From Rhizaria sp. SCN 62-66 (Eukaryota), in assembly GCA_001724265.1 (NCBI GenBank), contig MEDY01000040.1:1-64000 (forward strand): a DNA stretch of 64,000 nt, in the 5' to 3' direction. The notes beneath the pieces were generated by a model. That model searched no databases, had not been told where the DNA came from, and saw only the letters and a list, made by a program, of their open reading frames with translations. Positions 44,843 to 56,919 of the stretch are shown in pieces. Positions within the stretch are counted from its first letter, which is position 1. Each line of letters opens with the position of its first letter. A program made the translations under genes and the position numbers.

Positions 44843-47800
44843 AAGTTCTTGCTCGAGGGCTGCCGCGCGCGCGTGCTGCTGCTCCGACACTGCGGCGGCG
44901 GCTGCACGGTAGGCGGCCGCGGCGGGGCCCTCAGAGGGGCCGCAGGGCGCGGCGAGCAGGTAGCCGAGCTGCGGAAAGTAGCAGTACTGGGCGCCGCCCA
45001 GCAGCGCCGCGGGGGAAGTTAAGCCGCCATGAGTGCCGTGCGGGTACTGCTGGTGCGGCGGGGGAGCGGAAATGATTTGCGGGGGAACGTCCCCGGCAGC
45101 GGCGTCTGCGGCGAGAATCTCGGCCAAAAAGGGGTCGATGAGGGCTAGACGGGTCTTGAGCTCGTCGAGCTGGGGGTCGACACCAGGGCGGATGCTCACG
45201 GTCACTTCGCTACTGCGCACAGTTGCTGCAGCGCTATTGCGACTGCGGGTGCGCTTGTTGTTGCCATTGCCAGCAGCACCGTTGTTGGTCACATCAGCGT
45301 TCGAGTTGTTGTTGTACATGTCACTGTTGTCATTGCTAGCTGTTGCTGTGGCTGAGAGGCCAGTGAAATCGAGCGTGGCAGCAAGCAGAGCGGCTAGCTC
45401 GCGCACCTCGGGGCCCATCGCCGTTGGGATCTCACGCAACAACCGCGGCAACGCACTTACACCCGCTCCAGTACTTACATTGCCACCGCCACTGGAGTCA
45501 GCACCATTCGAGTGCGCGTGTGCGTGCGAGTGCTGCTGTTGTAGTTGGTGACCGCTGCTGCGTTGACGTTGCGCCGCCGCCGCCGCCGCTGCCGCCGCAG
45601 CCGCCGCAACTGACGCCGACGCGGCCGAGACGAGTGTGTGGACGGAAACGAAGGCTTGCAGACTGGCGGCCAGCGCAGCCCAGTCGCTGGCCTTGGCCGC
45701 CGCTGTGAAGAACCGCGTGAGGACGCGGGAGACGTCGCGAACCCGGCGCAGAGCGGCGCGAAGGCGGACCGTGAGGTCGTCGTGGAGCGGGTTCGCGAAA
45801 AAGGCCACGTGCGCAAGGCGGTCGTTGATGACGTCAGCGTCGGCGGCGGGGAAGCGGACCCAGCTGCGGAGTAAGCGCGTGCCGGGTGGGGACTTTGCGC
45901 GGTTGAGCAGCGCGAAGAGGGAGAGCCCCTCCTTGTGACGCGCCGTGCAGGAGGAGGAGGGGTGCGCCTCGGCGATGAACACGCCCAGCGCGTCCCTCGT
46001 GGCGGCGTCGCAGCGCAACACGGCGGAGCAGCCGCGGCCGGCGTGGTGCTGCAGCGGCTTGATGGAGCGCAGGACGATGGCGAACTGCTGGTGCTGCTGT
46101 AGGTCGCCACCGTAGCCGTCAACATCCAACTCATGCCGCCCAGTGTCATCCCTACGACTGCTGCTGCTGCTGCCGCTGCTGCTGTTGTTAATGTTGTTGT
46201 TGCTGTTGTTGTTATGGTGGTGTTGAGTGAGACGGACACCGATGCTGCGGGCGAGTGCGGCGACCCGGCTGTTGGCAAAGCCAAGCCCCCCCGCCTTATT
46301 ATGAGAGCCGGAGCTTGCGGAGTTGTTGTTGCCGCCGCCACGAGCACGTTTCAGTAGGCGACTGCTTGCACTGCTGCTGACGTTATCATTGTCATCTTCA
46401 TTATCATCGTCATTATTGTTCTTATTGTTGCCATCGCCTTTGTTCATGTTACGGTTCAGAGCGCTATCAGCAAAGGGGTTCTCTGGCTGCTCACCGTCCA
46501 CGTCGTCACCGGTACCCCCCCATGCGTTCCCGGCGTTGTAACTGTACGAGCAGTACCGCAGCAAATGCGTGAGCAGTCCACTGAGCGCAGACACGAGCTG
46601 CTGCTTGTCGAAGTCGATGATTGCAGCCCAGTGGAGGGACTCGGCGTACCGGCACGCCACTGCACTCGCAGCAGAGCTGCTATTGGCGTTACTATTGTTG
46701 TTATTGTTGTTGTTGTTGCTGCTGTTGTTTGCAATGGCAGATGACTGTGGAGGCAGGGCGCGGAGACCCGGGACTTCGAGCAAAGACACACAGCGGAGCT
46801 TAGAGCGGCAGTCTAGCGGGTCGAAATCCCACCGCTTGAGCTGCTGCACGTCGAAGTAGCTACTATGGCGGTGCGGCGGGGGCGCCGCGGACGAGGTACT
46901 TAGACTGTGTAAGGGTGCGCGGAGGGCCAGGAAGAGCGGATCGTTAGGCGGGACGGGGGTGATGAGCTGTGCTGGGCACAGCTGCAACTTGACTATAAAC
47001 GACGGAACGCATGTGGGAACATGTGACACGAGAAAAGCAAGAAAGGTATGAATGCATATGATGTGAGAGTGAAGAGACGAGACGGAAGGTCCGAGTTGAC
47101 TATTAGCGACGTTCAAGTCACTTGCATGGAGATATAATAATGGTGCAAAGAAATACACACATAAAGATGTAAATTTAGTGCGATAGAGTGAATTCAGGAC
47201 GTACGCATGAGCACGTGGTCGAGAGTGTCGAGCTCGCCAACGTACACGCATTGGGTCTACACGTGCATAAAAGAAGAGGCAAGATAATGCGATGAGATAA
47301 CGTTCTTGAAAAAGTTATAATAACGAAAATATCATAACAAATCAGCTCAATACAGCGTTATAAGTTTGAGTAATTTGTTGTTTCAGTGCGCGTACCGTCT
47401 CCTCGTAGTAAGCGACGCCGTAGCCGTTGTTCGCGGGCGCGCGGACCACCGAGAGCACACAGCCCTCGCGCCGCTGTCCCTCACCAGCGCCCTCATCCTC
47501 GCTACCGTCGCCGTCGCCGTAGTCGCCACCGTAGCCGGCTCCGTTGCGGTCGCGGGTGTTGTTGGCGGCGGTTTCGGCGGCGAAGGCGCGCATTGCGCTC
47601 TCGTCACAAGGGGTTACGGGCTCGAAGCCCGCGTTAGCGCCGGAGTCAGCAGAGCCTGAGCCAGAGCGAGAGGCTAAGGCGGGGGCTAAAGCGTCGGCGG
47701 AGGAGGAAGAGTTTGAGACACGGGTGAAGCCGATCAACGCGTCCTCATCCTCCTCTTCTTGTTCTTCCTCTTGCTCACTGTCGCCGGCATTGATGCCGTA

Positions 47801-48091
47801 GCGGTCAATCTCTTTGTCGTCGCTGTTATCGCTGTCGGCGTTGACGTTGGCGTGGAATGCAAACGGATCCTCATCATTATCAGCATCGTTGTTGCTGTTG
47901 TTGCTGCGACTTCGACTGCGACTGTTACCGCGAGTGTTACGCCTGTTGTTATCGACGCGGAGCCGCGCAGTGAGCTGCGGGAGGCCACGCTTGGCGGTCG
48001 AGTTAGAGCTAGCGGCGCCATCGTGCTTGCGCGGACCGAGAGTTGAAGGCGGAGGCGGGAGGGCCAGCTCATCATCAGAGTCGGTCTCAGC

Positions 48092-48124
<33 letters not shown>

Positions 48125-48331
48125 TTGTTGGGCCTGTTGCTGCTGCTGGACGTGGGCGAACGAGCGCTGGTACGCTGGGTGGAGAACGCCAGAGCGTTGC
48201 TGTTGCGCAAAGCCGGAAGTTGAGGGGCGTTGCGGGGCGTCTGAGGGCGGCGCGCGCGGCAGGGGCGTGTTGCTGACCGAGGACGGGGCCGAGGAGCCGT
48301 CGCCGTCGCGCACGGAGGCAGACGACAACAT
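42509..48331 (-). CDS. MSH5: MutS homolog 5 (meiotic crossover protein), about 1823 aa, 3 exons
   Basis: Exons 48331-47396, 47256-47205 (52 nt) and 46992-42509 give GVAYYEET|TQCVYVGELDTLDHVLM|LKLQLCP. MSH5-type motifs HPS...KEGLSLFALLN, YFPQLGYLL, LGDLH. ATPase motifs GRHPL, ITGPNNSGKS, AHIGSFVPA, STF, LLDEFGAGT, ATHLHE. No mismatch-binding domain seen. Confidence 0.9.
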
Positions 48332-48780
48332 GTGGAGCTAAACAGTTTACAAAGTCGAGATTAACAGACTTTGTAAATCTTCAGGTTTAATTTTGCAAGA
48401 AACAGACGACATGACTTGTGCGAATTTGTTGCGCTATGAAAGGCCCGGGTGCTACTTGCAACTTGAAAAATAATTCGGTGCCACGTCGCTCACCGTCGTT
48501 CAGCATACCACATGATAACCACCAATCGCTTTGCGAATAATTCACCACTTCAAATGAATACATTTCAAGTTAATTACAGATTGTGTGCTGGGTTAAATTA
48601 TGTGATTTATGAAGATATGCGTTCCAAGCGCACAATGTCAAATCAGAGAGTCGCACACGGCAACCATGGTGAAGGCCAGCAAAACAGCTGTGCTGACTTC
48701 GGACCAGAAAGAAACAAGATATATACATAGTTCAAGATATTTACAAACAGATATGGTATTAATTAAGGTATTCAGTGATG

Positions 48781-51700
48781 TTAATTGTTGCTACTAGCGT
48801 TGTTTGCTCCAGCTTGGTAACTGCCAGTGTACGTGCCTGACCGCAGGAACGAGCCACGCCTACACAAAGGGATCGAAATAGCCAAATATAAGCCCAATGT
48901 CAGGTTTACAAGTTAAAAATGTCAGAAGTGTAAGATACATCAATTTAAAAACGATGACCATTAACCTGATGTCATATATTGATCATATCGATCGATAAAA
49001 CAGCGATTTAATGTTTTGACATACCTTGCGGTTCCCGGAGACGCCATCGGCTTGGTGCCCCCACCCTCCGCCGCCCCCGCAGCAGTATTTGCGTTGTTAC
49101 TAGCGATATCGCCCATGTCAGGCGCCGAGGTGGACATGTTCAGCATGCTCTGGAAGCTCATCAGATCCTCAAACTGGTTCTCTAAAGAACTCGTTGTTAA
49201 GGTACTCGCACCAGCACCCGCACCCGCACCACCCGCACCACCCGCGCCAGCGCCAGCGCCAGCGCCAGGGCCAGTGCCAGTGCCAGTGCCAGGGCCAGTG
49301 CCAGCGCCAGGACCAGTGTGAGAGTTGGTGTTCGCGGTTGCTGCCGTGGCAGCGGCCGCGGTGATGGTCGCGTGGTGCGAGTGGTGCACTGAGCGGCGGC
49401 GGGAGCCCATCGTGCCCGAGCCCAGCGTCGCGCCCACCGCGGCGGAACCCGTGCCGCTCACGGTCACTGCGGGGTCCGCGCCGCCGGTACCCGCGCTGCC
49501 CACGGTCACTCTGTCAATGAAGCCCTCGCCAACGGTGCCGCTGCCCCCTGAGTTACCGCCGGTCGCTGTCGCTGTCGTGGCAGTGACGGGGGCGGAGGAC
49601 ATGCGGTCGAAGTTAAGCCGCCGGCTTAAGCCACTCTGCTGCTGCTGCTGCTGCTGCTGGCGCTGCTGCTGCGCCTGCGTGTGCTGAGGAGACGCAAAGC
49701 GCGACCCCGCTTTACTGACCGCTGCGGTCGCAGTCGCCGAGGCGGTGGTGCTGCTGGTATGTGTCCCGCTTGAGTTCAGGGAGTGGTTGTGGGTGGCGGG
49801 CGACGGCAACGGTGAGTCTAAGTCAAACAGCATACCGCTGGTGCCACCGCCTTGATTACCGGTCAAAATACCGGTTTCGGGGGACAGGAGGCCTGCATCG
49901 AGGTCACTATTGATGTTGTCGTCGCCGCCCCCGTTTCCGTCGTTTTGCCCTGCGTCAGAGTCGGGCGAGTGCAAGTCGAACGGCGACGCGCCTAAAATGT
50001 CCCCATCCTCGTCGTTGCCGGCGCCGCCGCCCATCTCAGCTCGCAACATCACGTCGCCAAGGTTCTCCTCGGTCTCCTCGCCGTGGCCGAGACTGTGGGT
50101 CTGCAGCGCGAAAGCAGCGGCGACGGCCGCGTCGCTCGCGCTATTCGTACTGCTGCTGTTGTTGCTCCCGCGCACACCACCAGCACTGACATTCGCGCTC
50201 GCGCTCATGCCCGCAGTCACAGTCGCGTTCGTGCTGGCAGTGTTCACGTTCACTGTACTTTGAGTGCTCGGCGAGCGCAACAGACTATCGAGCCGGAGAC
50301 CCTTGGCAGGCGGCTTAACTTCCGAGCCAGGTGGCTTACCTTTTGCCCCCATGACAAGCGGCGACGCCGGCACGGACGCGTTGTTAGTGCTTGCAGTGGC
50401 GGCGGCACGGGACGCAGTCGCAGAGCCGGGCCGCGACATCGTCCCAGTGCCGCTGCCGCTGCCGCTGCCGCTGCCACCACCGAGGCTGGTGCTTCCAGTA
50501 GCAGCGTTGACGACGACAGGCTTCACAGCTCCAGTGGCAGAGTTAGCATTCCCAGCAGGAGGGCCTGATGCGCTAAGACTCGGCGATGGCGAATGCTGCG
50601 GCTGCTGCTGCAGTTGCTGTTGCTGTTGCTGTTGAGATTGCGAATATGACGAGAGCGCTGCTGCCGCGGTGGGGGTGAAGGAGGACGACCGTGAGCGCAC
50701 GTGGCGGCCCTTTACACCGCCTCCAGGGGTACTTACACCGCCGCCGCCGCCGCTGCCAGCGGTGCTGAGGCTCAGGTTCACACTTAGACCGCCGCCGCCG
50801 CCGCCGCCGCCGCCCCCGCCGATGTTATTCGTGTTGACGGCGTTGACGGTGTTGGCGGTGTTGGCGGGAACGACTGCAGCGTTGGCGTGAGCGGAAGAGA
50901 GACGAGGGGTGCCGGGGCGACTGCTTCCAAGCATACTGCCAGTCGTAATATTGTTGTTGTTATAATTGGCAACATTGAGACTGTTAGCGTTAGTGCTGAC
51001 TCCCCATCCCCGCTCGCGCTCACGGTCGCGCTCACGGTCAGCGCGCTCGCGGTCACTGCGCTCACGGTCGCGCTCACGGTCACGCTCGGCGCGCTCACGG
51101 TCACTGCGTTCTTGTAAGATGCGCTCACGGTCACGCTCACGGTCACGCTCACGGTTTAAAGCCGCCTGCTCACGGTCACTGCGCTCACGGTCAATTGCGT
51201 TGGCATTCGCAGTGCTGCTTTGCGGGCGTAAGGGGGTCGCGGCGGGACTAAGTACCCTACCGCTGCCACTTACATCTCTGCTGGTCTTGGTGGAAGCGCC
51301 CGCGGGATGCAAGTGCCTCGAGCGCGGTGTAAGTGGAGGGGTCCGAGGGGGAGCAACGCCACCACGTGGGGTACTTACATTGTTCCCGCCGCTCGACGAC
51401 GACGGAGCATTTACATCCATCGCAGCGAAGTTAGTGTTGTTGTTGCTATTGTTGTTCGAGACTGAGGCCGCACGAGGCAATTGCAGCCGGTCTTTGTCGC
51501 CGACGCCACTCGAGCTAGTCTCCAGGCTCGCCGTCGTCGTGTTGAAGTTGTTGTTGTTGTTTGAAGTTAAGCCGCCTGCGCCGTAGGCGTCTTCAGACTC
51601 GAGCATCGCTTCGAGAGCAGCGCGCGAGAGCGGCTTAATGGGCCTGTCTGAAGATAAGCCGCCCCCGCCGGAAGTGAAGCCGCCCGCGAGACTCCGCCGA

Positions 51701-53736
51701 CTCGCCAAGATCGGCGACGGCTTCTGACTCTGCGACTGCGACCGCGATTGTGCCTGTTGTTGCTGTGAATTAAAGCCATTGCCATTGCCAGTGCCAGCGC
51801 CGTGAGTGGGAGAAGGGGACGGAGATCGAGAGGGCAGTGGTAAGAGGCTGACAGTGTCAAGAAATTGCACATCTTTGTTCATGGTAGCCGCAACAGGCAT
51901 GTCATCCTTGTTGTTGTTGACCATGATGCTCTTGCCGACTGTTGTTGCTGTAGTTGCCGAGGCGGATGCAGAGGTGGGTCTCGATGTCGTGACCGTAAGT
52001 TCAGAGCTTCTCGTAGTGGCCGCGGGCGGCACAGAGCCTGTGACTGGGCTGCTCACGGTCACTTCAGTCACTGTGAGAGGAGCGACGGGTGACGCAACGG
52101 CGCTCGCAGTCGTAGCCGCGGTCGCAGTGGCAGTGACACTGGCACTGGCACTTGTCGTCGCGCTCGCAGTCTCAGCAGCACTACTGCTAGAGATGTTATT
52201 GTTACTCAACCTGCTGCTCTTGTTGTTATTATTACTCGTAACACTCGCAGTACGTGTGAGAAGTGAAGTCGGCATCGGTAAAGGAGTCACACCTGCAGAC
52301 ACATCCGTCTTAAGACCGGTACCACTCGCACTTGAAGTTGTTGCAGCGGCGTTGACAAGGTCGGCGCGGCTTAACTTCTCTTCGATGCGGCTAACCTTCT
52401 CCTCAACGCGCGTTAACTGCTCATCAGTGCGCGCGGACTTCTCGTCCCCGCGGCTCACCTTTTCCTCGACGCGACCTAACTTCTCCTCGGCATGGTTTAA
52501 CTTCTCGTCGCTCTCCTCAACATGCGCCTCGACAATGGCCAACCTTGCAGCCACACCTTTGCCTTCGGCAGAGACAAGCGCTAATTCACGCTTCAGTGCA
52601 GCAATGTCGCTGCCCGCCTTGGCCGACACAGGCCCACTGACACCGGTTGCGTTAGCCGGTGATGAGACAACAGGGGCGGCGTTGTTAGACGCCAGTGATG
52701 CTGCTGTTGCTGCAGAGGGCAGTGCTCTAAGGGCTTTGTTCGCGGCAGCGGCGGCTGCGGTGGCGGCGGCGGCCTCGGCCTCTGCGGCGGCTAAACGGGT
52801 CTCGAGCGCGGTGACGCGGCCTAGCTTTTCGTCGGCGCGGCTTAACTTCTCCTCCATTTCGGCGACGCGGCTTGACATCTTGTCGTAGGCAGACTGCAGC
52901 GGTGCGACAGCAGCAGTGGCAGCGGTGGCAGCGGCAGTGGCGTTGGCGGCTGCAGCCGCAGCAGCGTCCGCTTGAGCTTTCACTCGCGCGAGGATACTCT
53001 CGAAATCAGCCTTGACAGCAAACACGGCTGGGCACGACTCTGGCTTCGCAACACACGGACACACCGCAGCAGCGGCACTACCAGCAGCATGTGTACCCTC
53101 AGGGGTACCAGCGGCGGCTTGACTTCCCCCTTTCTCACGGTCACTGCGCTCACGGTCGCTGGTAAGGGCCTCCACGGCCTCGTCGAGCCTTTCCAGCGAG
53201 TGCGCCAGGTCCGCGATGTCGTCGGCGGTCGCAGTGCGCAGCTCGTCGATCACGGCCTGCGCGTCAGCACGCGTCTGCGCCAGCTCGGCGCTGGTGCGGA
53301 CCCAGAGCGACTCGGCGACGACGGCCGCGGCCGTAGAGGCCGTGGCGGTGGCGTGGGTGCGCGCTGCAGCAAGTGTCGCCGCGGCGGAGGACGCGATGTC
53401 GCTTGCCCAAGCCGTCGCAGTGTGGTTGTTGTGGCTGTGGCTAGACACACCCGCTGCAGTCTTGCCGCTGCTGCTGTTGCTGCTATTGGGGTTGTTGCTC
53501 GAGGATGCGGTGGGTTTGGAGCTGCTGCTGATGGTGGCGGGCATTGTGGTGCGGCGGGACGACGCAGTGTTGTGACCTCCCGCTGCTGTTGCTGTAGATG
53601 TAGTTGACGCTGTTGCAGAGCCAGAGCCAGAGCTAGAGGAGGCTGTGTTTGAGTTGGTGTTGGCGCTAGCGTTATTAGCGCTGGCAGGTGGTATGGATGC
53701 GTCTGAGACGCGGTGCTGTGCAGTGTTGCGCGACAT
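48781..53736 (-). CDS. Large low-complexity coiled-coil protein of unknown function (about 1596 aa, 2 exons)
   Basis: ATG 53736. Exon 1 ends 49025 (AG|GTATGT); exon 2, 48859-48781, completes ARRGSFLRSGTY...SSNN-TAA. Heptad repeats (EEKLSRA/DEKLGRV) and an RE/RD repeat. Confidence 0.8.
51009..51191 (-). repeat. Degenerate tandem repeat encoding Arg-Glu/Arg-Asp mixed-charge tract
   Basis: Repeated cgctcacggtca on the + strand; protein DRERSDRE...RERDRERDRER. Confidence 0.8.
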
Positions 53737-54402
53737 GGGCACCGTTAGCGTGCGCTACAGTGGTTGTCGTTAGCGTGTTGCAGTGGCAAGCAGAGGTGGG
53801 AAGCAGCCGTTAAGGCAGGCACGCGGGCGGTGTTAAGAGCGGCAAAAACCGCAACGGTAGCAAATAGATAAAAGGCTAAGAGACCCAGTGACGGGAGATC
53901 AGCGGCAGGATCTGTTGAGGCGGGCGCGCTCGAGCGAAGAAAGAGAGGGGGCACGCGACGGGCAATGACGGTGACCGTTGAGAGCGAGAAACGGCAGCTC
54001 CTTTGAATGTACAAGGACAGGGTTCACGAAGAGAGAAAATATTATTTGGGGCAAGTCAGATGCAGCGAGTACTAAAGCAATACAATAGTCAATTGCACAA
54101 CGACGGTCCATGTGCCCGAGGACAGACATGATTTTGAAGGGCTTGGATGAGATAAGAGTCGTCCGCTGGGCCCTGCTTTGAGTTCTGGTGTGGACTAGGG
54201 CTGTTTTTGAGGCGCAACAGCGGTATATTCTGATTGTCCGGCGCGTAGAATGTGGTATATCCAGATAGAAATTGTTGTTATATAGCTTATCTTTTTATTT
54301 CACCTGTAAAAAATTGGTTTAGTCTTGTTTTGCGCAGTAGATACTCACCGCACCTCCTCTGCTCTCTCCACCTCTCTCTCCACCTTCGTGCGACGGCCGC
54401 AG

Positions 54403-55833
54403 ATGTCTGCCACCGCCACACCTAGCGCTGGCGATGCCGCATCCGCGAATTACACCTTTCAGACTCTTACAGGCGTGACTACCACACTGCCTGTGACCGC
54501 TCTTGACCTCCCCCTGACCGAGCTTTTCACTCACCTCGCCACCGCACTCTCCGCCTCGTCTTCCTTCGCAACGGCTGAGACTGTGAGTGTGCTGTCTGTC
54601 GTGGCCCCTGGCGGTGTCGTCGCTTCGGTTGACTCGGCCAAGAAGGACCCCACTGCGACTCTGCGCTCCTTGATCAACAGTAACAACAATAACACCAACA
54701 GCAAGTCCGTTGTGCCCGGCGCCATCTTCACCGTCGTCCTTGCTTCTCCTCCTGCCGCGGCCGCTTCCAACACCGCTCAGAGCAACGCGAGCTCTACCAC
54801 ACTGTCAGAGGCGAAACAGTCTTCCGCCGACTCGAAACCCCGCACCACAACTGGTGCCGACGCGTCTGCCAAGGTGAGCGGCGTCACTGTGTGGACCTGT
54901 GTCAACTGTTACGCTGCTCACCCGCCCACGTCGCACTACTGCCGCATCTGCGGCTTAACTTCCACCGCTCACAACAACACTACCACTAATAACAGCAGTA
55001 CCACTGGCGGCTCAACTTCTTCATCCGCGGCGGCGTTTGACTGGGAGCAGTTTGGCATTGCCTCGAGCGCCATGGACGGTGCCAGTGCAGACATGCGTGC
55101 AGCCATCATGGCCGCCCTCTCCGAGCCGCTGCCGTCACAGTCTAACAACTCCAAGAACAACAACAACAATAGCTCTAACACGAATACCCTCACGAGTACT
55201 AAGAGTGTGAACTCCGCTGAGGATGAGGCCGCTATCAACGCGTACCTCGCCTCTGCCTTCGGTACCTCTGCTGACTGCGGTACGTATGCTGAGAACGCAT
55301 GCGGTACCTCTGACCCTGAAGCCTTCGCTGTGGGCAGCTCAGTCGACTCCCCCCTCAGTTATGAGGTGTTAACTGCGCTGCTTGACCAGGACCCCGAGCT
55401 GCGGCATCAAATCGCAGTCGCGATCGGCGCCGACTTTGACTCGCAGTTCAGGGCGTATAAGCTCCTGCGTGCGGCGGGCAAGCTCGGCAAACAGCGGCCC
55501 ACCAAGGATGCTGCTGCTGCAGCTGCTGGGAAGGCTGAGTCGGGTACCGGGAGCGACCATTCTGCTGCTAAGTCTGATCAGCTGAGCAAGGATGATTACA
55601 ACGTGTTGCTGAGCGAGATCGCGTCCGACCAGCTCAGCATCCCTCTGGACGCAGATGGGGAAGGCAGCGAGCGCACTGTCGCCGCCTTCCGCAGGATGTG
55701 GGACTGGAGGCAGATCACCACTGCCGAGCTGGCCATGGCAGTGACGCTGCTCATGGGCGAAGGAGAAGTCGCTAAGAAAGAGCCCCTGCTGAAGCATTTG
55801 TCGAGGCTGGCGGTGGTTAATAGGGCCGCGTAG
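54403..55833 (+). CDS. Putative ubiquitin-system adaptor: Ubl-like N-terminus, RanBP2/NZF zinc finger, UIM-like helices (476 aa)
   Basis: ATG 54403. YTFQTLTGVTTTLPV resembles ubiquitin IFVKTLTGKTITLEV; WTCVNC-x10-CRIC finger; ADMRAAIMAALSE and EDEAAINAYLAS. Ends at TAG. Confidence 0.7.
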   Translation: MSATATPSAGDAASANYTFQTLTGVTTTLPVTALDLPLTELFTHLATALSASSSFATAETVSVLSVVAPGGVVASVDSAKKDPTATLRSLINSNNNNTNSKSVVPGAIFTVVLASPPAAAASNTAQSNASSTTLSEAKQSSADSKPRTTTGADASAKVSGVTVWTCVNCYAAHPPTSHYCRICGLTSTAHNNTTTNNSSTTGGSTSSSAAAFDWEQFGIASSAMDGASADMRAAIMAALSEPLPSQSNNSKNNNNNSSNTNTLTSTKSVNSAEDEAAINAYLASAFGTSADCGTYAENACGTSDPEAFAVGSSVDSPLSYEVLTALLDQDPELRHQIAVAIGADFDSQFRAYKLLRAAGKLGKQRPTKDAAAAAAGKAESGTGSDHSAAKSDQLSKDDYNVLLSEIASDQLSIPLDADGEGSERTVAAFRRMWDWRQITTAELAMAVTLLMGEGEVAKKEPLLKHLSRLAVVNRAA

Positions 55834-56919
55834 CTCGCGAGTGATAAGGTTGACGGCAAGAACTGAAAGGCAGTGATGAACAGTACCAAGCAAGGGATGA
55901 TACGGATGAAATGCGAGGGAAATGCGGCGAGTTTTTTGATATTTGTCGACATGCTTTGTTTTGGCTCAGGCCAGGTTCAGATTCAGGCCATGTAGACACA
56001 TGTATGAATATTTCATGTAACCATCCAACTATTCAGCCCAATACATAGTAAGCTTAACAGTACACAATTGCAAACATAAAGTCGAATTGTGGTATGAGTT
56101 GATTGCAGTCAAAGTGAATGTAGTTAGGAGAGATTGTTGTTGTCATCGATGATGCATTGTGATTGTTTGTCAAGCCTATATGTTGTATTTATCTCACTCA
56201 GCTCGCCCCCTGCCCCTTTTATATACCTTTTATACTACTACTATACTAACTCCTACAACCCTGATAACAGTCAGTTGTTGTCGTTAAATTGTTGTTGCCA
56301 CCTTCCAAACACACATCGTATTTAAATTAATAACACGATTTCTTCTTCTCTTACTAAAACTACATAAGGCATCATACTTCCCACACATCAAGCAGGAGTT
56401 ACATCAACCGTCACACAACTCATAAGTGCCATTATTCATCAAAATAACAATTCGCCCAACACCACACATGACACAACTGACACACACACATTAGGTACGC
56501 ATGTAGTAGGTCATTGTGTCGTTGTAGGTTGTTGTTCTTGATATTATTATATATGAAAAAAGAGGCACACATGGGTCAAGTGAGTGGGAAAGAGCGATGT
56601 TTCACTTGTGTGTGATTGTAAGTATTCCGCCAGTTACACAGCCTCGCACGCTTTGCTCCCTCAGTTGTTGTTGTTGTGAAGTTGTCCCTGTACATCTGTA
56701 CGTCATACAAGTCAGACTGGATGAGAAGTCTCACATGCCGTCGCTGTTTTCAGTAGCATTGCCGTTTCTCAATCGCCGCATACTTAACTCACTCCCCTTA
56801 GACAAAAGGTAGGGTTATATTTTAGACGATGCGACGTTTCTTAACTCAAAAAAGGTATTTTACTGATTTACTGACTGACACTTAGACTGGTCAAACACGG
56901 GTACTGAGATCCGGGGTAC

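Noticed and set aside
53745-54014. Upstream ORF or TAG at 53757-53755 as another readthrough into the 1596-aa gene
   Set aside because: The 89-aa ORF is in a different frame, and in the gene's frame a TAA lies five codons upstream of that TAG.
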